In this document: positions 26,258-35,092 of the stretch, in pieces
Numbering within the stretch: position 1 is the stretch's first letter
Layout of the letters: each line of letters begins with the position of its first letter
DNA from: Bacilli bacterium
GTDB taxonomy: Bacteria > Bacillota_I > Bacilli_A > RFN20 > UBA1709
Direction: 5' to 3'
Length of the DNA stretch: 64,000 nucleotides
NCBI GenBank assembly: GCA_050949315.1
Contig: JBMNFL010000001.1
Coordinates: 322,043-386,042 of the forward strand
Notes under the pieces: generated by a model
Told to the model about the DNA's origin: nothing
What the model saw: the letters and a program-made list of their open reading frames with translations, nothing else
Database searches by the model: none
Made by a program: the position numbers and the translations under genes

Positions 26258-27931
26258 ATGGTTTATATGCGCACTTGGTCGGATGTCGCCGAATTAATTT
26301 TCCCTGAGGTTAAAGAAAGCCTTGAAGATCTAGAAAAACGCTTTCCACCTCGTAAACTTAAAGAAGGGGCCATGGTCACTCGTTTCGCCCCATCGCCCAC
26401 CGGTTTTCTCCATACCGGTTCACTCTTTACCGCCCTTTTAGATTATAAATTCGCTAAACAAAGCGAGGGCGTTTTTATGCTTAGATTAGAAGACACCGAT
26501 CAAAAGCGTGAAGTTGAAGGCTCAGGGCTTTTATTGATTCAAGAACTCGCCAAATTCGGAGTTAATCCTGATGAGGGTTATCTTGGTACTAAAGAAATTG
26601 GTAATTATGGTCCTTATAAACAAAGTGAAAGAGGCGACATCTATAAAGTCGTCGTCAAAGAATTTATTAAACGTGGCAAGGCTTATCCTTGTTTTTGCAG
26701 TCCTCAAGATCTCAAAGATTTAAGAGCCGAACAAGAACGCAATAAGATTAGACCAGGTTACTATGGCTACTTTGCAAAATATAAATCTCTTGGCCCTGAA
26801 GAGGCTTACCAAATGATTAAGGCTGGGAAAAAATATATTATCCGTTTCCGTTCAAGTGGCAGTTTTTTAAATAAACTACCCGTCTATGATGAGATTCGTG
26901 GCGATTTAGAATTAAGTGAGAATGATTTAGATATCGTTATCTTTAAAGGAGACGGCCTACCTACTTATCACTTCGCCCATCTAGTCGATGATCACTTTAT
27001 GCGAACAACTCATGTTATCCGTGGGGAAGAGTGGCTACCAAGTTTGCCTATCCACCTCGATCTTTTTAAGGCCATGGATTGGCCGGCTCCAAAATATGCC
27101 CATGTCCCCGCCATTATGAAAATTGATAAGGGTAATCGCCGTAAACTCTCCAAACGCAAGGATTTTGAGGCCGCTGTTGGCTTTTTCCTGGAAAACGGTT
27201 ATCCAATACCTGCCTTCTTAGAATACCTTTATACCATCGCTAATTCTAACTATGAGGAGTGGCGTAGAGATAATAAAGATCTCCCCTACGATTCTTTTGA
27301 ATTAGTCTTTGATAAGTTTTCCAAAGATGGTGCTCTCTTTGATTTAGAAAAGATTAAATACTTATCTCGGGAATATCTTGCTAGCCTAAGTGCTGAAGAA
27401 TTCTTAAAAGAATTAAATGCCTGGGCGCAAATATATCAGCCTAAACTTGCCAAGAGAATAGAAAAAGATTCACTCTACTTTACTAAAATTTTAAACATTG
27501 AGCGCGGTGGACCAAAACCAAGAAAAGACTACGAGAAATATGCTGATGTTGATTATCTATCTTCCTTCTTCTTTGAAGAAGAATATCAGGCCTTAGATTT
27601 AAAAACTTTCCCTTTTGACTATGAAAGATTTTCTAAAGATTTAATTAAAGAGGTTTTAGCAAGTTATCAAGAAGTCTTACGTCTTGACCTAAGTGAAGAA
27701 GACTGGTTTAACGATATTAAAGAACTAAGTGTTAAATTTAACTTTGCCCCCGCTGTCAAGCTTTGGAAGAAAAATAAGGATCAATATCCGGGACATGTTG
27801 GCGATATCGCTGAAATGATCAGAATCGCCACCACTGGTCGTAAGCAAAGTCCCAATCTCTACGATGTCTTTCAGGTTCTAGGTTTAGAAGCCTGTAAGAA
27901 GCGTCTCAATTATATCGTTAGGGAACTTTAA
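26258..27931 (+). CDS. gltX: glutamate--tRNA ligase
   Basis: FAPSPTGFLHTGS (HIGH region) and KLSKRK (KMSKS) motifs. Confidence 0.85.
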   Translation: MVYMRTWSDVAELIFPEVKESLEDLEKRFPPRKLKEGAMVTRFAPSPTGFLHTGSLFTALLDYKFAKQSEGVFMLRLEDTDQKREVEGSGLLLIQELAKFGVNPDEGYLGTKEIGNYGPYKQSERGDIYKVVVKEFIKRGKAYPCFCSPQDLKDLRAEQERNKIRPGYYGYFAKYKSLGPEEAYQMIKAGKKYIIRFRSSGSFLNKLPVYDEIRGDLELSENDLDIVIFKGDGLPTYHFAHLVDDHFMRTTHVIRGEEWLPSLPIHLDLFKAMDWPAPKYAHVPAIMKIDKGNRRKLSKRKDFEAAVGFFLENGYPIPAFLEYLYTIANSNYEEWRRDNKDLPYDSFELVFDKFSKDGALFDLEKIKYLSREYLASLSAEEFLKELNAWAQIYQPKLAKRIEKDSLYFTKILNIERGGPKPRKDYEKYADVDYLSSFFFEEEYQALDLKTFPFDYERFSKDLIKEVLASYQEVLRLDLSEEDWFNDIKELSVKFNFAPAVKLWKKNKDQYPGHVGDIAEMIRIATTGRKQSPNLYDVFQVLGLEACKKRLNYIVREL

Positions 27932-27933
27932 AA

Positions 27934-28410
27934 ATGCTACCAACCGTCTACATGTTAGTGGGGATTCCAGGTAGTGGGAAAACTAGTTACGCCCAAAAAC
28001 TCGCTAAAGAAAAGGTCTGTCCTATCATCAGTACTGATGCCATTCGTAATCTCCATCCTGATTGGGATGAAACTTTGATCTGGCCAGAAACTTATCGTAT
28101 CTGTGCTGAAATTTTAAGTAGAGGAGAAGACCTTATCTTTGATGCCACTAATACCACCCCTAATGTTCGTAAACGTTTTAAAGAAAAACTTGAACCCTAC
28201 AAGCTAAGTTATCAAATCGCCGCCTACTTCTTCCCCACCCCTTGGGAAATCTGCTATGAGCGGATTGAAAAAAGAAACAAGATGGCAGGGGAGCGCTACT
28301 TCCCCTTAGATAAAGTTAAAAGTTATGCCGATACCATCATCGCTCCTAGTTTAGATGAAGGCTTTATCTATATTGAAGAAATAAGTATTGATAAACAAAA
28401 AGAGGAATAA
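27934..28410 (+). CDS. P-loop kinase (AAA_33 / polynucleotide-kinase-like)
   Basis: GIPGSGKTSYAQKL Walker A and DATN Walker B-like motifs; 158 aa; 2 nt after the gltX stop. Confidence 0.55.
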   Translation: MLPTVYMLVGIPGSGKTSYAQKLAKEKVCPIISTDAIRNLHPDWDETLIWPETYRICAEILSRGEDLIFDATNTTPNVRKRFKEKLEPYKLSYQIAAYFFPTPWEICYERIEKRNKMAGERYFPLDKVKSYADTIIAPSLDEGFIYIEEISIDKQKEE

Positions 28411-28427
28411 AATTCCTCTTTCTTTTT
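28400..28427 (+). terminator. intrinsic terminator after the kinase gene
   Basis: AAGAGGAAU-AAA-AUUCCUCUU hairpin plus a U-run. Confidence 0.6.
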
Positions 28428-28435
28428 AAAAGAAA

Positions 28436-28462
28436 AGACGATCGCTTAAAGCGACCGCCTTT
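28436..28462 (-). terminator. probable terminator of the surface-protein operon
   Basis: imperfect GGCGGUCGCUU-UAA-GCGAUCGUC hairpin followed by a U-run on the minus strand. Confidence 0.4.
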
Positions 28463-28470
28463 TTATTTGG

Positions 28471-31400
28471 TTAGTAATACCAACCAGTACCAAAGCCGTA
28501 TTCGAAGATACAGACTGCGTTAGAATCGGTACCACCACCGAAGGCTGCTCCATCTAGATAGATGGTGTAGTAAGATTTACCACCAATCTTGGTTGAAGAA
28601 CCATATTCGGTTGCAGGATCATTCCTATCGGTACGACCATTGAAGAGCGTAGCCATTATGGCTTGTTGCATCTGAGTAGCATCACCGCCAGTAGCCGTGA
28701 CAATACCTTGAGCCGTTTCCTTCATAGCCGCATCTAAATCCCCCTCATACAAAGTCTTTAAAGCATTGTAAGCAGGAACTTGACTATCGGCATAGGCTAC
28801 AGCATTTTCGGTTTGTCCTGGATTCAACGCTAAGAAGCCAGCATAGTAAGCATACCACTGAGTATAAGCAGCAAATAATTCCCTACTCTTAGTATTAGCA
28901 TTCAAATACTGATTGATAGGTACTAATAACTGTGAACCGGCGTAACCGACCCCACTAGCTACTGAAAGGGCTGATGTTTGCTTGGTGGCACCATTGTAAT
29001 CTACATATGTACCACTGCCGGAAGGATCATCGCCAGCTGCTTTACTGCGGTAGCACCAAGTATTAACCAGTTGATTTTGATTCTCATCATAGATCCCTAA
29101 CTCCAACTGAGCACAGGGAGCGTAGGGTCTAAACATGAATGCAAAATTGAAATAGGTCTCGGCACTTGAAGGTTTCTGCTTCAGGATTGAAGCATTGAAA
29201 TTCGTATTAATGGCTGTTTGCAAATCGCTCTTAATTTGAGCTACATAAGCAGCAAGACCATAAGCTGTTAAGTAGGGCTCATCGCCAAACATACCATTAT
29301 TGATAACCGTGTTTGTTCCTAAAATCAAGCAGGGATCAAGTCTTATTTCACTAGCTTTCTCCTTATCAGTTAGAAGATCATAATGTGGAGTATCGTGACG
29401 AACTTCATTAGCTGCACCTGCATATAAATTACTAGCCACATCTTCCATGTGTAAGGCTGCACCACTGCTTAATCCAATATTAGAACTCAGGATTTTAACA
29501 CAAGCGGTTCCATAACTATAAAGTGAGTTAGACCAGTTTTGATCAGTCTTGATACTCTTTAGTAAGGAGTAATTGTTCCAGTTGTTATTTGAGTACACAA
29601 AGAAGGCGACATTGCTGTGATGAACATTTACGTTATCAGCATTCAACGCAACATCATTGACATGGATACCACCATAGCCACCAGCATATTCTTCAAACTC
29701 AGCCTTGTTAGAACCTCTGATTTCAGTATTGCCTCTAATTTCTAGGTTACTGATGTTGAAAGTCCCTTGTTCATGGTTTGTAGTACTATGGCTTGCCTCA
29801 CCAACAACTCTGAAAATGCCGACGTGAACAGAAGGAATGTTATAGCCTTCGCCAGTTCCCGCATAACCCCACTGTGCATCGTAAGCCGTACTAGCCTTAA
29901 CTTTATTAATTGCACTAGCATCGATAGTACAGTAGTTACCATTAACAGTTAAAGTCTTGTTAGTGGCACCAACGAAGTCTCGACGATAGACGTCACCCGC
30001 AACCACTGTGCGATTGCTATTTTGACCATTGGTGTAGGTATAGGATGTTCTGGTATCTGCCTCGAAGTTTACCGCCCCACCATTATCGTTAATTTGGTTA
30101 GCGGCTAATTCTGCCACGATGTTGCTATGGATTGAAATTCCTAAACAAGCCTTATCGGCCATCGCGGCTTTTAAGTTTTCATGGGTATAAACGTTAACCC
30201 CCTTGCTTAAGACAAAGTCAAAGGTTCTCGTCCAAGCTTGGGAAGCCGTTTGCTCATCATACTGAGCCTTATTGAGATATCTTGGTGTTATGGAAACCCT
30301 TAAAGTTTTACCAATATAGTTCGAAGTTTTACCCCCGAAACTCAAAGCATATTTTCCGTTATCTTTCTTCAAAGTAATACCATAAGTTGAAGCAATTGTA
30401 TTTGTGACATCTTCACCATCAATATAGAATTTGAAATTAAACTCTACCAAAGCATCTTGATAATCACCAGCAAAGTAATTTAAATCTAAATCAAGATAAT
30501 AGTATTGTTTGTAGTCACCTTCTGTTAAACTGCTCGTATCAGCAACACCAATACAATATGGCTGGGTCGTATCAATGAAAGTTGCCGCACTTGGTGTTTT
30601 AGCATTGTGATAAACATCACCTGCGGTAAAAGTAGAAATTTGCGGAACAATCAAAGCCTTACGACTGTGAGTTGCTCCATCAACCGTAAAGGTTAAATCA
30701 AAAGGCGCATTAGTAGGAGTAACAACATTATTCATCTTGATAGCATTCCTACTGTGATCTAAAAGTTTGGTGTAATGTGAACTATCGGCAAAAACCGCGT
30801 AGCCTTCAGTACCAGAAATATAATAGGTTTGGCCAGCAAAATAGATATAGGTTGCCTCACCTTGAGCATTAACAATTTTAATTTGTGTTCCATCAGGACT
30901 ATAGACGGTTTCCGAACTTAAATTAATGGTAAAGTTCTGGGTCGAATAAGCGTAAGATTCGATATAACCAATTCCCGGAACATTTTTGACCGCGATGATT
31001 TCGATATCATAATCCCCAGTCAAAGAAACATTAGCCTTAATCTTTGGTGTAGTCACCGTAATGTATTTAGTGGCTCCATTCCACTTAACCTTGTAACTAT
31101 CTACACCTGTAACGGGATCCCAAGTAATTTCATCCGTGTCTTGAGTATAGACAAGAGAGCCAGAAACAACTTGAGCGGGACGTACATAGAACATGGCATA
31201 AATCATCGTTGTTTTAGTATATGTTCTGGTCTCAAAGTTGATAGCCCCTGATTCAAGATTATTATCTACCGTCCATTTAATGAATTGATAATCTTGTTTG
31301 ATTGGATCAGCCGGCTTAGCAATCTTACCATCGTCATCAACTTTAACAAAAGTAATAGTTCCCTGATTGACCAAAGCAACATACAAATCAGTAACTGTGA

Positions 31401-32952
31401 AATTAACCACACTTATTTCAGATTCGACCTCACCAGTTACGCCAGTAACAGGGGCTAAAACTTTGAACTTAATACTGTTTTGACCTTTGCTCAAACCATA
31501 GACAGTAAGTTTTGTTCCGCTTGTTTCTTGCCATAATCCGTTATTAATCTGATAGAAGTATTTGCTGGCAGTAGCTACTGCTGTCCAAGAAATACTGCAT
31601 TCACTATCCGTATAGGTAACGGTTGTCGGTGCCACCGGTTTAGCCGCAAAGTAAGCATGCACATCTACGTCGGCCGTCACCACGGTTGTCGCTTTAAACT
31701 CGGTATTATCAGCTAGCACCCATTTAACAAAGACAAAATTGGGCTTGGTTGGTACCACTGGTGGTAAAGTAGCGGTTTCGCCATCTTGAACATTATCGCT
31801 GCTGTATTTCACGCCATCGACTTTGAAAGTCACCGTGAAACGATCCTCAGGAACGATATTGAATTTAAATTCCTTAGTAGCAGTTTCCGATTGTATTTGC
31901 TGCTCTTCCCATGTCAGTTTAGAAATCACTCTGATTTCGGCATAATAAGTGACCCCTGCCGTATACTTAGCATTATTAAGAACAAACTGTGGAGTCTTTA
32001 GATTAGTAGCCGTCTCAACAGAAGTTCCATCCATTGTCGTAATTTTAATACCATAATAATCAAAATTAGCATCAGTAGAGGCCTGCCAGTAGAGTTTTTG
32101 CTCTTGTCCTAACTTAGCATCATTATAAGTTATTCTTTCAACCTTGGCTGGAGCTACCGGTTTATATTCCCACTTAGCAAAAACACTGATTGTTTGATCT
32201 TTTCTGATCGTTGAATCAAAGAAAGTATTAGCTCTTGTCTCATCAAAGACGGTATCAAAGGTCGTATCAGTATACCAGCCCTTGAAATGGGCATCAACTT
32301 TGGTTGGAGCAGCCGGTAAAGTTACCGCTTGATTAAGCACTTCGGCTGTCGCATAATCCGCTTCCCCATCTTTGAATTTGACCGTGTATTTAGGAGCTAC
32401 AATACTAAAACTTAAAATAGAACTCGGTTTAGAACTGTCTTCGCCCTCTTTTACAACGACACTTGCTTGATAATTACCAACCTCGGTGAAAGTATAAGAT
32501 AATTTATCAAGGGTTTCCGTCTTTTCTTGACCATCCTTAGTGTAAGTTAGGATGTAAGAAACATTTTCCCCTGTTTTAGCCTCCCAACTTAAAGTTTCAG
32601 TCGTTTTGTTCCACTTTAAATTAGTCGGTGCCGCCGGCAAAGCTTTCCAAGCCGCATAAAGCGTTACATTGCCTTTAATGGGGGCATCTTTATCAAAGGC
32701 ATTCGTATACTCTTTATCAGTATACCAGCCAATAAAAACGAAGCCATCACGTTCAGGGTCTTCCGGTAAAGTTAAATCTTTATCGGCATCAATTTCCATG
32801 GTCTGCCACAGCGTTTTGGTATCACGATAAAAATTTACCTTGTAAACGACACCGCTTCCGCCGCCACCACAACTTGTTAAGCCAATAACCGCCGCCGCTC
32901 CAAGGCTTAGGATACATAGAAGACCTAACAAGCGCTTTCTTATTATTCTCAT
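28471..32952 (-). CDS. giant surface lipoprotein: lipobox + 4x Listeria-Bacteroides (InlB B-type) repeats with Ig/FN3-like spacers + C-terminal ~750-aa beta-helix-like domain
   Basis: signal peptide with LTSC lipobox and Gly-rich linker; repeated YxVxF...GxYTDxxF...VxLYAxW units; Asn/Gly/Tyr-rich C-terminal half. Confidence 0.75.
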   Translation of the reverse strand: MRIIRKRLLGLLCILSLGAAAVIGLTSCGGGGSGVVYKVNFYRDTKTLWQTMEIDADKDLTLPEDPERDGFVFIGWYTDKEYTNAFDKDAPIKGNVTLYAAWKALPAAPTNLKWNKTTETLSWEAKTGENVSYILTYTKDGQEKTETLDKLSYTFTEVGNYQASVVVKEGEDSSKPSSILSFSIVAPKYTVKFKDGEADYATAEVLNQAVTLPAAPTKVDAHFKGWYTDTTFDTVFDETRANTFFDSTIRKDQTISVFAKWEYKPVAPAKVERITYNDAKLGQEQKLYWQASTDANFDYYGIKITTMDGTSVETATNLKTPQFVLNNAKYTAGVTYYAEIRVISKLTWEEQQIQSETATKEFKFNIVPEDRFTVTFKVDGVKYSSDNVQDGETATLPPVVPTKPNFVFVKWVLADNTEFKATTVVTADVDVHAYFAAKPVAPTTVTYTDSECSISWTAVATASKYFYQINNGLWQETSGTKLTVYGLSKGQNSIKFKVLAPVTGVTGEVESEISVVNFTVTDLYVALVNQGTITFVKVDDDGKIAKPADPIKQDYQFIKWTVDNNLESGAINFETRTYTKTTMIYAMFYVRPAQVVSGSLVYTQDTDEITWDPVTGVDSYKVKWNGATKYITVTTPKIKANVSLTGDYDIEIIAVKNVPGIGYIESYAYSTQNFTINLSSETVYSPDGTQIKIVNAQGEATYIYFAGQTYYISGTEGYAVFADSSHYTKLLDHSRNAIKMNNVVTPTNAPFDLTFTVDGATHSRKALIVPQISTFTAGDVYHNAKTPSAATFIDTTQPYCIGVADTSSLTEGDYKQYYYLDLDLNYFAGDYQDALVEFNFKFYIDGEDVTNTIASTYGITLKKDNGKYALSFGGKTSNYIGKTLRVSITPRYLNKAQYDEQTASQAWTRTFDFVLSKGVNVYTHENLKAAMADKACLGISIHSNIVAELAANQINDNGGAVNFEADTRTSYTYTNGQNSNRTVVAGDVYRRDFVGATNKTLTVNGNYCTIDASAINKVKASTAYDAQWGYAGTGEGYNIPSVHVGIFRVVGEASHSTTNHEQGTFNISNLEIRGNTEIRGSNKAEFEEYAGGYGGIHVNDVALNADNVNVHHSNVAFFVYSNNNWNNYSLLKSIKTDQNWSNSLYSYGTACVKILSSNIGLSSGAALHMEDVASNLYAGAANEVRHDTPHYDLLTDKEKASEIRLDPCLILGTNTVINNGMFGDEPYLTAYGLAAYVAQIKSDLQTAINTNFNASILKQKPSSAETYFNFAFMFRPYAPCAQLELGIYDENQNQLVNTWCYRSKAAGDDPSGSGTYVDYNGATKQTSALSVASGVGYAGSQLLVPINQYLNANTKSRELFAAYTQWYAYYAGFLALNPGQTENAVAYADSQVPAYNALKTLYEGDLDAAMKETAQGIVTATGGDATQMQQAIMATLFNGRTDRNDPATEYGSSTKIGGKSYYTIYLDGAAFGGGTDSNAVCIFEYGFGTGWYY

Positions 32953-32989
32953 AGAAAAACCTCCTTTTTTTAATTTTTATACAAATTAG

Positions 32990-33466
32990 CTAGAAATCAG
33001 GATCAATCTCAATTGGAATATCCGATGGATCATTCACGATGTAGAGTTTATCGCTGAGATTGCTACCATCATTGGTGCTAATTGTAATCTTCACTGATAA
33101 GTCAGCTGGCAAGGCCTTACTCGTAGCATCAAAGGTTAGAATAAAGACATTGCGCAGCGTCACCGCTTCTGGATAATTAGTCGCTAACTTGACATCAATT
33201 TCACTGATATCCAAAGTCGCTTCCTCATCATATCTGATATATTCATTTAAATAGATTGAGTAAGAATCGCCCACTGCAAGTTGGGGCATATCCATATATT
33301 TCTTACCATCTTCCCGAATTTTTATCTCTTCGGTTTCAACGTTGAATTCACAATAAGTTGCCATTTTATAATCACTGGAAGAAGCGGCCTCGCCAAAAAG
33401 ACCAGTGAGGATAATCCCAATGGCGGCAAAGAGGAAAGCGATAATAATTGTTGTTTTCTTGTTCAT
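32990..33466 (-). CDS. small exported/anchored protein (Ig-like, DUF4352-like?)
   Basis: N-terminal signal anchor followed by a beta-rich 130-aa domain; lies between the permease and the lipoprotein. Confidence 0.5.
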   Translation of the reverse strand: MNKKTTIIIAFLFAAIGIILTGLFGEAASSSDYKMATYCEFNVETEEIKIREDGKKYMDMPQLAVGDSYSIYLNEYIRYDEEATLDISEIDVKLATNYPEAVTLRNVFILTFDATSKALPADLSVKITISTNDGSNLSDKLYIVNDPSDIPIEIDPDF

Positions 33467-33475
33467 AATTTCCTC

Positions 33476-35089
33476 CTAAAGTTCCAGGTCACTAAATAGA
33501 CAGCGTAAATTCAAGTTAAAGAGATAGGCTCTGATTAATAAGAAGACAAAGCTTAGAATTGACATAACTATAAAAGCCTTGGTATCGGGATAGATAAAGT
33601 AAACTACGGCCGAGATAAGGCCAATGATAAAGGCCAGTAAAAAGCCATAGAGAATGCTGCGACCAACATTTTTATTGTCGCTAACCTCCCCAACCATCGC
33701 ATACTCATGCATCAAAGGATTCTTAATATCTAATTGCATTGACCACAGAATATGAGCGATATTACAAATGAAGCAGATTACAAACATCTGTAGCAAAGTA
33801 ATAGGGGCAATAACACCAAATAAACCGACAACCCCTAAGGAAAGAGCAATAAAGATGGTGCTTATTACCACGTTAGTCGTTAACTTGGCCCAGCAGATTA
33901 AATGGGTTTTAGCTGGTGATGTTTTCAGTAAAACAAACTCGCCACCCTCTTTACTCAAAGCCGTCGCGGCTGATTGATTGGAAGCCGTGATAAATAAAAG
34001 ACTTAAAACCATGTTCATCCCAATCACAATAATTCGTCCATAACCATTTAAAATCAAAGCGCCTACAATACCATTTACTAGATACAAGAAGAATGGTAAC
34101 AAAGCGATAAGGGTATATTCAGAAATCAATTGTCCAAATTTTCTAAAGGACAGCGTAAATTCCTTCTGTAAAAAGGCTCTATAAGTACGTCTAGCCTTAA
34201 GACTCCGTCTTTTGTGCACCTTTATTCTAGCCCGCTCGCCACTCTGACAAGCCAAACTAAAGAATAAAGGTTTAGATAATACTAAATTAAGAATTAATAG
34301 AACAACGATTACCGCTAAAAGGTAAAGTATAGATACTAAAGTTTTTTGGCCAAAGGCAAAATCAGCCGCCCAAACATAGAAAAGTGAATTGTTGGCAATT
34401 AGACCAGCTGACTTATCAATGGCAATTAAAACTGCGTTGTACATAGCCTTTAAGCGCAAGGGATCTGGTAAGCTTTGAAGCAAAGAATAAATACCAAATA
34501 AGACCCCCACAAAAAGAACAAATACTGTAATTACATAAAGAGCCGTTATCTTTTTAAAAGCTCTGGTAACAAACATAATTGGAATGCTTATTAGCGAACT
34601 TAAAAGCAAGGCAATTAAAGGCAGAATAAAAGTCAAAATTGCTGAGGCCACAAAAAACCAAATATTTAGGCCACAGAGAATCCCAAAGCCCAGCATTAAA
34701 GGCAGCGTTATGTAAAGGCTTTTTATAAACTCATTGATATAGGCCACGATGAGTTTGCTATAGAAAACCTCACTACCCTCAGCCGGCATTGATAAAAGAA
34801 TAGGATTGTCCTTGCTGCCATAAAGTGAAGTAATCATAGAGGACATCAAGGCAATGATATTTAAGAATTGAATCAACACCACCAAAAAGAAGAGGAAGTT
34901 TCTAGTTAGAGGAATGTAAAAGAAGGATTTAAAGACCAGAAGAAGGCCAATAAAAACTCCGGTCATGGCCAAAAGTCCAACAAAGCTCAACACAACTGTT
35001 AGACTAACGGCTACTATTCCTTTTTTGGCAAGCTTGAAACGATTACCTAATTGTAAAAGTACAAGGTTGCGAATTCGATAAAAACCCAT
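33476..35089 (-). CDS. ABC exporter permease (putative ABC-exporter family, multi-TM)
   Basis: 537-aa polytopic protein; paralogue of the permease at 58179-59891. Confidence 0.65.
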   Translation of the reverse strand: MGFYRIRNLVLLQLGNRFKLAKKGIVAVSLTVVLSFVGLLAMTGVFIGLLLVFKSFFYIPLTRNFLFFLVVLIQFLNIIALMSSMITSLYGSKDNPILLSMPAEGSEVFYSKLIVAYINEFIKSLYITLPLMLGFGILCGLNIWFFVASAILTFILPLIALLLSSLISIPIMFVTRAFKKITALYVITVFVLFVGVLFGIYSLLQSLPDPLRLKAMYNAVLIAIDKSAGLIANNSLFYVWAADFAFGQKTLVSILYLLAVIVVLLILNLVLSKPLFFSLACQSGERARIKVHKRRSLKARRTYRAFLQKEFTLSFRKFGQLISEYTLIALLPFFLYLVNGIVGALILNGYGRIIVIGMNMVLSLLFITASNQSAATALSKEGGEFVLLKTSPAKTHLICWAKLTTNVVISTIFIALSLGVVGLFGVIAPITLLQMFVICFICNIAHILWSMQLDIKNPLMHEYAMVGEVSDNKNVGRSILYGFLLAFIIGLISAVVYFIYPDTKAFIVMSILSFVFLLIRAYLFNLNLRCLFSDLEL

Positions 35090-35092
35090 GCT

